Below, piece by piece: positions 50,763 through 59,846 of a stretch of DNA of 64,000 nucleotides. The translations under genes were made by a program, and so were the position numbers. The notes beneath the pieces were generated by a model, which did no database searches, was not told where the DNA came from, and worked only from the letters and a program-made list of their open reading frames with translations. The DNA comes from Spirochaetia bacterium (GTDB taxonomy: Bacteria; Spirochaetota; Spirochaetia; DSM-16054; Sediminispirochaetaceae). Location of the stretch: assembly GCA_034520965.1 (NCBI GenBank), contig JAXHMY010000001.1:768001-832000 (forward strand), read 5' to 3'. Numbering within the stretch: the first letter of the stretch is position 1; each line of letters opens with the position of its first letter.

Positions 50763-51650
50763 CTAGGAATTCCAGGCCGGTTTTTCCGGCAGGGAGGAAT
50801 CGAATTCCACCGCTAATTGTTCGCCATATGTACCCTTATAACTTCCGTTTAGAAAGCGATCAAGCCCCTCTTCAAAAAAACGCTGCCAGGAGAACTCCTC
50901 CTGCCCGGGTATAATCGGATAAAACAGCGCCTGATTGGCCTGGGCGGCCCTTAGGTCGCCCGGAGCATCCCCTATCATTAATATATGGTCGGCAGGATAT
51001 TTTCCATCCGCTCCCAAGGCGATATGTTCGGTTTTGGTGCCCATCTCCTGACCGGCAATCAGGCGGGTGTACTTGTCTATTCCATGCTCCTCCCACTCCC
51101 GTTTGAGAGCTTCGAGGGGGGTTTGGGAGACCACTAGAACATCCGCCTGACCCTGTAATTTTTGTAAGCCCAGGGGTAAGTGGGGAAAGGGGGGAAGGTT
51201 AAAGACGATTTCCTCCACGCTTTGATTCACTCCCTTTGACCACCGATAGGCCAGCTGCAGGTCCGGATCCGGATTGCGCTGCAGTTCCGCTTCTAAGGCC
51301 GGGTTACCTAGCTTGCTTTCCCGTTCCACCCACTCCCGCAGCCCCTGCATTTCTGGGATATCCACCTTTCGCTCCCGAACTTCCGGTCGCTCCCGCAGCA
51401 GATCCAGAGCAACTATCACAGCCCTGAAGCGATTATAGCCCCGGGTTTTTGAGTAAAGGTTTACAAAGTCCCAGGTTTCGCGGGCATACTTGGATACCGC
51501 CTGCAGACCGAAGTGTTTTATGAAGTTGGGACAGAAACACTCTTTATGCTTTAGTTCCATTGAGTCAAAGGCACAGCCGTCCGAATCAATTCCAATGAAA
51601 AAGCCGCTTTTCGGCTGAAAGTCCTTTAGCTGCTGAACAAGATCCCGCAT
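50763..51650 (-). CDS. HAD-superfamily hydrolase
   Basis: Motif I IGIDSDG, motif II VVS, motif III GTK, motif IV MIGDAPGD. Confidence 0.85.
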   Translation of the reverse strand: MRDLVQQLKDFQPKSGFFIGIDSDGCAFDSMELKHKECFCPNFIKHFGLQAVSKYARETWDFVNLYSKTRGYNRFRAVIVALDLLRERPEVRERKVDIPEMQGLREWVERESKLGNPALEAELQRNPDPDLQLAYRWSKGVNQSVEEIVFNLPPFPHLPLGLQKLQGQADVLVVSQTPLEALKREWEEHGIDKYTRLIAGQEMGTKTEHIALGADGKYPADHILMIGDAPGDLRAAQANQALFYPIIPGQEEFSWQRFFEEGLDRFLNGSYKGTYGEQLAVEFDSSLPEKPAWNS

Positions 51651-51662
51651 AGTTTCTATTCC

Positions 51663-51782
51663 TTTCGTTTTTGGATACTATACGAAAATTATTATCATGA
51701 AACAAGAGCGCAGTCAAGCACAGTTTCATGTTTGACATCTAAAAACTTTCGTTATATTATGAAAAAATAAAACTAACGAAAG
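51663..51782. promoter_or_regulatory. Divergent promoter region with TTTCG/CGAAA operator-like half-sites
   Basis: TTGACA(51732)-17 bp-TATTAT on +, TTGACT...GATAAT-like on -, and several TTTCG/TTTCAT and CGAAA/ATGAAA half-sites next to a DeoR gene. Confidence 0.6.
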
Positions 51783-51792
51783 CAGGATACAC

Positions 51793-52566
51793 ATGGCGCA
51801 ACCGACCCGACATGATGAAATTATCAATATTATAAGCCGACGCCGGCAGGTGACCGTCCAGGAGCTTACAGAACGCCTGAAGGTATCCGAGGTGACCATC
51901 CGCAAGGACCTCAGCTTTTTAGAGGAGCAGGGCTACCTTATGCGGACCCACGGAGGCGCCCGTCTGGCCGAGGATATCGGCCGACTGCACTCTATCAGTG
52001 CCCGCCGTGAGGCCCATACCGCTGAAAAATGTGCAATCGCAAAAGCTGCGGCTTCGTTATTGAACGAAGGCGACACTATCCTGATCGACGCCGGCAGTAC
52101 CTGTGCCTCCCTGGCCCACGCCATCCGCGATATGAACCTGCGGGTTATTACCAACTCCCTCGATGTAATGGTAGAGCTGGCGGACTCCCACTCAATCTCG
52201 CTGCACTCGGTAGGCGGCAGTTATCGCATGGATGCCGGCTCGTTTATCGGCCCCGCAGCCGAAGAGTCGCTTCAGCAGTACCGGATAGACAGCTGTTTTA
52301 TCGGAACCCCCGCCTTTACCAGTGACGGAGTGTTCTCCTCTCAAAACACCATTGAGTCCCACTTCAAAAGCCAGGCACTCAAGATTTCCAAGCGTCGAAT
52401 AGTCCTGTCCGATCATACCAAGTACAATAAAACGACCTTTTCCGTCTTCAGCCGGGCGGAGAACATCGATATTTTGGTGGTTGACGACAACTTTGAAGGC
52501 ATAGAAAAGCTGCGGTCCCTGGGCATTGAGGTGCTGGTCGCAGAGGAAGCAGATTCAAACTGTTAA
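51793..52566 (+). CDS. DeoR/GlpR-family transcriptional regulator
   Basis: VSEVTIRKDL...RTHGGA, IDAGST, ITNS, DHTK. Confidence 0.95.
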   Translation: MAQPTRHDEIINIISRRRQVTVQELTERLKVSEVTIRKDLSFLEEQGYLMRTHGGARLAEDIGRLHSISARREAHTAEKCAIAKAAASLLNEGDTILIDAGSTCASLAHAIRDMNLRVITNSLDVMVELADSHSISLHSVGGSYRMDAGSFIGPAAEESLQQYRIDSCFIGTPAFTSDGVFSSQNTIESHFKSQALKISKRRIVLSDHTKYNKTTFSVFSRAENIDILVVDDNFEGIEKLRSLGIEVLVAEEADSNC

Positions 52567-52606
52567 AAATAAATTCACGAAAATACGCAATTACAAAGGA
52601 GTATGT

Positions 52607-53428
52607 ATGATTAATGCAAAAGAGATGTTTGATTTGAGCGGAAAAAAGGCGGTTATAACCGGGGGCGGCGGAGTACTGGCCGGAGTAATGGCGGAGAGCC
52701 TGATTGGCGCCGGAGCCACCGTATCACTGTGGGGACGCGGGCGCAGCGCGCCGGTAGCCGATATTGTAAAAGAGATAGGAGAGAAGACCGGCCGGCCTGA
52801 GCAGGTGAAAGGGGTTACCGTCGATACCAGCGACAAAGCCGCCGTAGAGAAAGCCCTGGAGCAGACCGAACAAGAGCTTGGTATGCCGGATATTCTGGTA
52901 AACGGAGTTGGGGGAAACCTCGGGAAAAACTCGTTTATTGATGCAGACCTGGATACCTTCGATAAAATTCTCAAGATGAACATACTCGCCGGCCTGGTAA
53001 TTCCGACCCAGGTATTCGCCAAAAGATGGATTGAAGCCTCCCAGCCGGCAAGCATCATCAATATGGCCTCGATGGCCTCTTACATCCCGCTATCAGGAGT
53101 ATGGGCCTACGGGGCGGCGAAATCCGCAGTTATGAACCTTACCATGGCCACCGCAAAGGAGTTTGCCCCCCACAAGATCAGGGTAAACGGCATCGCCCCC
53201 GGCTTTTTTATCGGGAATCAGAACAAGGCCTTGCTGATTGCAGATGAGGCCAAGGGGACTCTGACCGACCGCGGGCAGTCGATTATCGACCACACCCCCT
53301 ACGGCCGCTTCGGCGCCCAGGAGGATTTAGCGGGCACCACCGTCTTTCTGGCCAGCGAGAAGGCCTCCGGCTTTATTACCGGGGTAACAATTCCGGTCGA
53401 CGGAGGATACCTGGTCCATAACGTATAG
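52607..53428 (+). CDS. uxuB: SDR oxidoreductase, probable fructuronate reductase/D-mannonate dehydrogenase
   Basis: TGGGGVL, NGVGGN, YGAAK, APGFF..QN..LL...LTDRGQSIIDHTPYGRFG; directly upstream of uxaC. Confidence 0.75.
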   Translation: MINAKEMFDLSGKKAVITGGGGVLAGVMAESLIGAGATVSLWGRGRSAPVADIVKEIGEKTGRPEQVKGVTVDTSDKAAVEKALEQTEQELGMPDILVNGVGGNLGKNSFIDADLDTFDKILKMNILAGLVIPTQVFAKRWIEASQPASIINMASMASYIPLSGVWAYGAAKSAVMNLTMATAKEFAPHKIRVNGIAPGFFIGNQNKALLIADEAKGTLTDRGQSIIDHTPYGRFGAQEDLAGTTVFLASEKASGFITGVTIPVDGGYLVHNV

Positions 53429-53437
53429 GGGAAGTAT

Positions 53438-54949
53438 ATGAAAACATTTATTACAGACGATTTTATGCTGCAGAATGATACAGCCCGCGAGTTGTATCAT
53501 TCCTATGCAAGGGAAATGCCGATATTCGATTTCCATTGTCACCTGCCGCCAAAGGAAATTGCCGAAAACAGCCGCTATTCTTCGATTACCGATGTTTGGC
53601 TGGGGGGCGACCACTATAAGTGGAGGGCGATGCGCTCCGACGGAGTTGATGAGCGTGCGGTAACAGGAGATGCGAATGACTGGAAGAAGTTCGAAGCCTG
53701 GGCAGCGACCCTTCAGCATGCCGTAGGCAACCCCCTGTACCACTGGAGCCACCTGGAGCTGCTGCGCTATTTTGGAATTGACGAGGTGCTTACGCCGGAG
53801 TCGGCCCCCCGGATATACGAGGAGGCCAACCGGCAGCTGCGGCAGGACGAGTTTAGAGTACGGCCCCTGCTGACAAAGATGAAGGTGAAGGCGGTCTGTA
53901 CCACCGACGATCCGGCGGATACCCTGGAGCATCACCAGGCGATTGCCGGGCTGGGCTCCGGGCTCGGCGCCGGCAGCAAGGTCAACGCGGGGGGCAAGAC
54001 AGGGGGCGAATCGGGCGGCAAGATAGGGGGCGCCGCCGCAGGCGGCTTTGATACCACCGTGGTGCCCACCTTCCGCCCTGATAAAGCCCTGGCCATTGAA
54101 GATCCCCAGGCTTTCCGCCGTTACCTGGAGACCCTCGGCCGCTCCGCCAATCTGGAAATAAAGTCCTACCGCGACCTGATCGATGCACTGGACTCGCGGC
54201 ACGCCTTTTTTCACAGCATTGGGGGGCGGGTATCCGACCATGCCCTGGTGGCTCCCTTTGCAGAAGAGGGCAGCGAAGCCGATGTTGCGCGAACATTTGC
54301 AAAGGTGCGCAGCGGCGAGAAGGCCGACCGCTACGAGACACTGCAGTTCAAGACGGCGGTACTGCGGGAAATCGGGCGGATGAACTACCGCCGCGGCTGG
54401 ACTATGCAGCTGCACATCGGGGCCCAGCGCAACAACAACAGCCGCATGTTCAAGACCCTAGGGCCCGACACCGGTTTCGATTCGATGGCCGATGCACTGG
54501 TAGCAGCCCCTCTGGCCCGTTTTCTCGACATGCTCGACTCGGAACAGCATCTGCCCAAAACCATTATGTATGTGCTGAACCCGCGGGATAACGACCTGGT
54601 CGCCAGCATTATCGGCGCCTTTCAGGACGGCAGTGTTCCCGGAAAAATTCAACTGGGCTCGGGCTGGTGGTTTAACGACCACAAGGACGGAATGGAGCGG
54701 CAGATGACCGCCCTGGCGAACATGGGCCTGCTGTACAGATTTGTGGGTATGCTGACCGACTCGCGCAGTTTTCTCAGCTTTCCCCGGCACGAATACTTCC
54801 GCCGAATATTATGTAATTTAGTCGGCGAGTGGGTTGAGCGGGGAGAAACTCCGAAGGATATGAAATTTCTCGGCGAGATGGTTCAAAAAATTAGCTATCA
54901 AAATGCCGAGGACTACTTCGGTATTGCTACAGGAAGCTCTGTTGATTAG
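53438..54949 (+). CDS. uxaC: Uronate isomerase
   Basis: DFHCHL, GDHYKWRAMR, GNPLYHWSHLEL, TTDDP, WWFNDH, GMLTDSRSFLSFPRHEYFRR. Confidence 0.97.
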   Translation: MKTFITDDFMLQNDTARELYHSYAREMPIFDFHCHLPPKEIAENSRYSSITDVWLGGDHYKWRAMRSDGVDERAVTGDANDWKKFEAWAATLQHAVGNPLYHWSHLELLRYFGIDEVLTPESAPRIYEEANRQLRQDEFRVRPLLTKMKVKAVCTTDDPADTLEHHQAIAGLGSGLGAGSKVNAGGKTGGESGGKIGGAAAGGFDTTVVPTFRPDKALAIEDPQAFRRYLETLGRSANLEIKSYRDLIDALDSRHAFFHSIGGRVSDHALVAPFAEEGSEADVARTFAKVRSGEKADRYETLQFKTAVLREIGRMNYRRGWTMQLHIGAQRNNNSRMFKTLGPDTGFDSMADALVAAPLARFLDMLDSEQHLPKTIMYVLNPRDNDLVASIIGAFQDGSVPGKIQLGSGWWFNDHKDGMERQMTALANMGLLYRFVGMLTDSRSFLSFPRHEYFRRILCNLVGEWVERGETPKDMKFLGEMVQKISYQNAEDYFGIATGSSVD

Positions 54950-54993
54950 GCTTTAGGCCATCGAAGTATTAGAAGAACATGAGGAGCACACAG

Positions 54994-56535
54994 ATGAAAA
55001 GAATTGTACTTGAAATAAATGAAAAAGGGCTGATGGATAAAAGCCAAGCCCAGTTAGACCAGCTAAAGACGGACCCCCATAACCTGATTCAAAAAGACGG
55101 TATGCGCTTGTATCCCCGTTCCCTCTACCGGCGGGGAGAAGCCCTCTACTGCATTGCGATGCTGGACAATGTAAAACAGCTCTACCGAATTTCCAAAGCC
55201 CCGGTACATGACGGGTTGGAAGGTGCCGAGGCGAAGATCGAGGGGCTGCATGTGCTCGAGGCAGCCCTTACCACACAAAACGCCGAAGCCCTGCACAGCC
55301 TGTTTCCATTTACCACTCCAAAGTCTCTGCGGGAGGAACGGACTACCATTGGCTGCGGCGACCGTCTGGGCCTGGCCACCGCCGCACATCTGCGGGCGGT
55401 ACGTAAGTTCAAAGCCTTTCCGGTGCTCGCCCAGCAGTCGATCCGGGAGCTTAACTTTACCGGTCGAAACTTCGAGGGGGTGGTAACCGACGCCTCTTTC
55501 CTGGTATTTCAGGAAGGGTATGAAGGCGGCTGGGGAGCCGACGGGGACCATCTGAAAACCATAGATGATATCGATGTGGCTCTGCAGGCAAAAATGCCGA
55601 TGATCACCCTAGACCTGACCGCGGTGCTGCATCCGGAAGCCGCCGATTATTCTGAAGAGAAACTGAAGTCAGAGTTCGACAAGCTCCCCCAGGAGGTCCG
55701 GGAGTACATTGAGAAATACTACAGCACCCGGATTTTTAATATCGGCGAGGGTACCATTTCACTTAGCGAGAGCGAAGCCGGAAAGTGTGCCCTGATGTAC
55801 TGGGATGCCCTGGAGTTTGCCGCCAAGGTCGACACGCACCTGCGCAGTAAGCGGGGGGACCAATACGACCTGGAGATCAGCATAGATGAGACCACCTCGC
55901 CAACCCTGCCTGCCCACCACTTGTTTATCATTATGGAGCTGCAGCGCCGGGGAGTAACGGTAAATTCGCTGGCCCCGCGCTTTATAGGCGACTTTCAGAA
56001 GGCCGTAGACTATATCGGCGTGGTAGACGTGTTCGAAAGGCAGTTCAGGGTACATTGCGACATTGCCAAGGCCCACGGGGACTACAAAATTTCCATACAC
56101 TCGGGGAGCGACAAATTTTCCGTGTATCCGGTTATTGGAAAACACACCCACGGTAAGCTGCACCTCAAAACCGCCGGGACCAGCTGGCTTGAGGCGCTGC
56201 GGACTATTTCCCAGGCCGATCCCGAGCTCTACCGGCTTATCCACCTCAAAGCGGCCGAGTACTACCCGGAAGCCCTAAAGAGCTACCATATTACCGCCGA
56301 TATCTCGGTGCTGCCGAAACTCGAGGATACCCCGGATGCAGATTTGGGCAAGTTTTTGGAGATAAGCGAATCGCGGCAGATGCTGCACATCACCTACGGA
56401 GGCCTGCTGAACGACCCTGAAGTACGGGAGCGTTTTTTCGCAGCCCTTGCTGAGCATGAGGAACTGCACTACGAGCTGCTGGAAAAACATTTTACAAAAC
56501 ATCTTGAGAGATTGGGCTTAGAGCGCGTACAATAG
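54994..56535 (+). CDS. uxaE: Tagaturonate/fructuronate epimerase
   Basis: GCGDRLG, AQQSIRE, GADGDHLK, EISIDET, APRFIGDFQK, IHSGSDKF, KTAGTSWLEA. Confidence 0.92.
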   Translation: MKRIVLEINEKGLMDKSQAQLDQLKTDPHNLIQKDGMRLYPRSLYRRGEALYCIAMLDNVKQLYRISKAPVHDGLEGAEAKIEGLHVLEAALTTQNAEALHSLFPFTTPKSLREERTTIGCGDRLGLATAAHLRAVRKFKAFPVLAQQSIRELNFTGRNFEGVVTDASFLVFQEGYEGGWGADGDHLKTIDDIDVALQAKMPMITLDLTAVLHPEAADYSEEKLKSEFDKLPQEVREYIEKYYSTRIFNIGEGTISLSESEAGKCALMYWDALEFAAKVDTHLRSKRGDQYDLEISIDETTSPTLPAHHLFIIMELQRRGVTVNSLAPRFIGDFQKAVDYIGVVDVFERQFRVHCDIAKAHGDYKISIHSGSDKFSVYPVIGKHTHGKLHLKTAGTSWLEALRTISQADPELYRLIHLKAAEYYPEALKSYHITADISVLPKLEDTPDADLGKFLEISESRQMLHITYGGLLNDPEVRERFFAALAEHEELHYELLEKHFTKHLERLGLERVQ

Positions 56536-56541
56536 GGGGTA

Positions 56542-57939
56542 ATGACGGAAAACCGAAGGACCCTGCTGATAGACGACGATACTACCGCACTTGAGCTGAT
56601 TAAAGACCTGCTCGAGCCAAAGGGCATTCAGGTCCATTTAGCTAACTCGGTGGACAGGGCAATTGAAAAACTTGCCTTTAACAGCTACCAGGTTGTGGTT
56701 ACCGATTCAAAGATGCCCGGCAAGAGCGGCATGGATATGCTCGATTATTGCCGGGCACACTTTTCTGAAATTCCGGTGGTTATTCTGACCGGCCACGCTA
56801 CAGTTCCCAGTGCAGTGGAAGCCCTAAAGAAAGGTGCCTTTGACTATATTTCCAAACCGATTCAAATTGAAGAGCTTGAGCTGGTTATCAATAAGGCCAT
56901 CTCCCACGAAAAACTCAAAGCCCAGAACATCTTCCTCAAAGAGGAGCTGGAGAAGCGGGAAGAGTTGCTGTTCGACACTCACAGTACCGAGCTCCAGCGG
57001 GTCTATGAAACCATCCATAATCTGCACGACATAAACTCGACGGTACTGCTTACCGGCGAGTCGGGAACCGGCAAAGAGGTTATTGCCCGGCTGATCCACC
57101 GCAGCAGTTCCCGCGGGGCCGGCAGCTTTGTACCGATAAACTGCGGAGCCATTCCGGAGCAACTGATTGAGTCGGAGCTGTTCGGTTATGAGAAGGGCGC
57201 CTTTACCGATGCAAAGCAGCGCACCAAGGGAAAACTGGAAATTGCCGACGGGGGAACCCTGTTTTTGGATGAGATTAACGAACTTCCCCCCAAGGCACAA
57301 GTTTCGCTGCTGCGCTTTATTCAGGAACGGGTGGTGGTGCCCCTCGGTTCAACCCGGCAGGTGCATGTGGATGTAAGGATAATCGCAGCCTCCAATAAGG
57401 ACCTGGCACAGCTTGTGCGGCAGAACCTATTTCGGGAGGATCTGTTTTACCGCATCAATGTGATTCCTCTTGCAATGCCGCCGCTGCGCCGCAGAACCGA
57501 AGACATTGTTCCATTAGCCCAATGGTTTTTGCGAAAGTTCAGCCGTGAATACAACCGGCCGGTCCGCGGCCTGAGTAAAGCCGCCAAAACAGCCCTCAAG
57601 AATTATGACTGGCCGGGCAATATACGCGAGCTTCGCAACTGTATCGAGCGGGCTTCAATCATAGGAAATTCCGAGTATTTGGATACTGCCGATCTGTTCC
57701 TTCCGGGAAGCGGCGCTGGTGCTGAGGCCGAAAGCGCAGGCGGCAAAAAATCCAGCCGGCAGCACTGTCGCGGCTGCTTTCAGGATTTGGGAATTATTCC
57801 GCTGAAACACTTGGAAGAGGAGTATATCCGTTTTGTAGTGCAAGAGCTGGGGGGCAACAAGAGCCGGGCGGCGCAAAGTCTTGGAGTTTCAGTACGGGGC
57901 CTGCGATACAAATTGAATAATGAAGCAGATACGCAATAG
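56542..57939 (+). CDS. Sigma54-dependent response regulator (NtrC family)
   Basis: REC domain, GESGTGKE, GAFTDA, FLDEI, WPGNIREL, Fis-type HTH. Confidence 0.96.
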   Translation: MTENRRTLLIDDDTTALELIKDLLEPKGIQVHLANSVDRAIEKLAFNSYQVVVTDSKMPGKSGMDMLDYCRAHFSEIPVVILTGHATVPSAVEALKKGAFDYISKPIQIEELELVINKAISHEKLKAQNIFLKEELEKREELLFDTHSTELQRVYETIHNLHDINSTVLLTGESGTGKEVIARLIHRSSSRGAGSFVPINCGAIPEQLIESELFGYEKGAFTDAKQRTKGKLEIADGGTLFLDEINELPPKAQVSLLRFIQERVVVPLGSTRQVHVDVRIIAASNKDLAQLVRQNLFREDLFYRINVIPLAMPPLRRRTEDIVPLAQWFLRKFSREYNRPVRGLSKAAKTALKNYDWPGNIRELRNCIERASIIGNSEYLDTADLFLPGSGAGAEAESAGGKKSSRQHCRGCFQDLGIIPLKHLEEEYIRFVVQELGGNKSRAAQSLGVSVRGLRYKLNNEADTQ

Positions 57940-59587
57940 ACTGTTTATCCAGATTCTCATTCCCACGATGATTATCTTTTTTCTGGTAATCGGCGGAGGC
58001 CTGCTGTACGTGAACCGCTCCTTCGAGCAGCAGGTGGTAGAGCAAAAATCAAGCGAACTTACCAAAGCATCCCGGGCGATTCATAATTGGCTGGTAGCTC
58101 GAATATCCAACTTAATTCAACTTTCACGTACACCCCTTATGCACAAGAATAGTCGAAGGGAGGTGAGCGAATTTTTACGGGAAGAGAGAAAGCGGCTCGC
58201 CTTCATCTATGATGCCATGTACTATATTAACCTCGACGGGAGCTACTGGAGTACCTCGGGGGAGTCGGGCAGCCTTGACGGTGACTTGCCCCTGTTTGAT
58301 AACTTGATAGAAGGGAATCGCCTGTTTTACTACCACGGGCCGGTACTCGACAGTGAGGTTTTCTCCGATTCGATTCTGATCGCCGTTCCAATCGAAAATG
58401 GCGACAGCCGCAGCGCAGTTCTGGCGGCAACTATTCCCATCCCCACCTTTCAGCGGATGGTAAGCTACTTTACCATGGAGGAGTTCGACAGCTTTATGAT
58501 GGTAAACCCCCGGTCAATCATCATAGTACATTCGGACACAAATATGATTGGCACCAGCGAGCGGGGCGAGTACGGAACCACCTTCTCCTCCGACACACGC
58601 CGGCGGGATGATATGGTGTTTGTTTCGGTTCTGCGCACTACATGGAAGCTCGTGGGCTTTATAGATCGTAACAAAATGCTCGCTCCAATTGTTCAGATAA
58701 ACCAACTTGCCACGGTCTTTTTTTTCCTGGTTCTTCTAATCATCGGATCGGTTTCTCTTGCCATTTCGTACCATGTAGCCCGTCCGATCCGCCGGCTTAC
58801 CAGCCGGGTAAACTCTATTATGGAGGGCAACTATCGCCAAAAAATACAATTGAACACCCAGGATGAGCTGGAGGAGCTGGCGGAGGCCTTTAACCGCCTG
58901 AGCGACCGGCTGATACGACTCAGAACCGACGATAGGTTTGTATTCTTAGGTCATGTATCAGCCCGGGTGGCCCACGAGGTCCGTAAACCCCTGCACATTA
59001 TCCAGCTCGTAGTGCAGACACTAAAAAAGAATTCCTCCGAAAACGAGAAACATCTGCACATGATAGAGAGCGAGGTGGAAAACGCCGACCGGTTTGTGGG
59101 AGAGATACTCAACTTCGCCCGTCCCGAACAAATTAACAGTACCCGTTACGACCTTCACTTACTACTGGAAAAGATCATTCGCAAGTACCAAATAATGGCT
59201 GAGGAGGCTGAGATCCAGCTGAGCTTGGAGGAAAATGAAAAAATCCATCCGCTTTATATGGATATTATTAAGATGGAAGAGGCTATTTCCAACCTGCTGA
59301 TCAACTCCATCGAGTCTCTTGAGGACATGAAAGAGGGGGAACGACGGATTACCGTCTCCCTCTACACCCGGGGCAATGAGATAATAATTGCGGTGGAAGA
59401 CACCGGCCCCGGCTTTCCGGAGGATGATATAGACAAACTTCTGGACCCCTATTTTACTACCAAGGACGAGGGAACCGGCTTGGGCCTGTCGATCAGTTAT
59501 CGTATTTTAACCGCCCACGGGGGCAAGCTGATTTTGGAGAACACCCTGGAACACCACGCCCGTATCCTTATCACCCTGCCCCTATAG
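57920..59587 (+). CDS. Membrane sensor histidine kinase (Cache-like + HAMP)
   Basis: Two TMs, HAMP (DELEELAEAFN), AHEVRKPL, NLLINS, DTGPG, FTTK..GTGLGL. Confidence 0.93.
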   Translation: MKQIRNRLFIQILIPTMIIFFLVIGGGLLYVNRSFEQQVVEQKSSELTKASRAIHNWLVARISNLIQLSRTPLMHKNSRREVSEFLREERKRLAFIYDAMYYINLDGSYWSTSGESGSLDGDLPLFDNLIEGNRLFYYHGPVLDSEVFSDSILIAVPIENGDSRSAVLAATIPIPTFQRMVSYFTMEEFDSFMMVNPRSIIIVHSDTNMIGTSERGEYGTTFSSDTRRRDDMVFVSVLRTTWKLVGFIDRNKMLAPIVQINQLATVFFFLVLLIIGSVSLAISYHVARPIRRLTSRVNSIMEGNYRQKIQLNTQDELEELAEAFNRLSDRLIRLRTDDRFVFLGHVSARVAHEVRKPLHIIQLVVQTLKKNSSENEKHLHMIESEVENADRFVGEILNFARPEQINSTRYDLHLLLEKIIRKYQIMAEEAEIQLSLEENEKIHPLYMDIIKMEEAISNLLINSIESLEDMKEGERRITVSLYTRGNEIIIAVEDTGPGFPEDDIDKLLDPYFTTKDEGTGLGLSISYRILTAHGGKLILENTLEHHARILITLPL

Positions 59588-59797
59588 TGGCTTAGCAGCA
59601 GAGACTTTTTAGCGGAGCCTGCCCTGCAAAAATTGCCGCTGAGTAGGAATTATTTGCCTATCCGGCGGGAACCTGTGGTTCAAAGCTTGTGGGTTCAGAG
59701 CTGGATTGGGCGACGCCCGATTCTCGGACGGCGCCTTTCTTACTCCCTTGCAATGATTTAAAATAAATTACATAAAGCTGCTTCCCACCAGGCCAGA

Positions 59798-59813
59798 TGG
59801 CATAAAGATTGCA
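59798..59813 (+). promoter_or_regulatory. Sigma54 (-24/-12) promoter
   Basis: TGGCAT-AAAGA-TTGCA matches TGGCAC-N5-TTGCW, 33 bp before the SBP start and just downstream of the NtrC-family pair. Confidence 0.85.
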
Positions 59814-59846
59814 TTTGCATAAGAAACCATAGAAAGGAGTGTAGCA

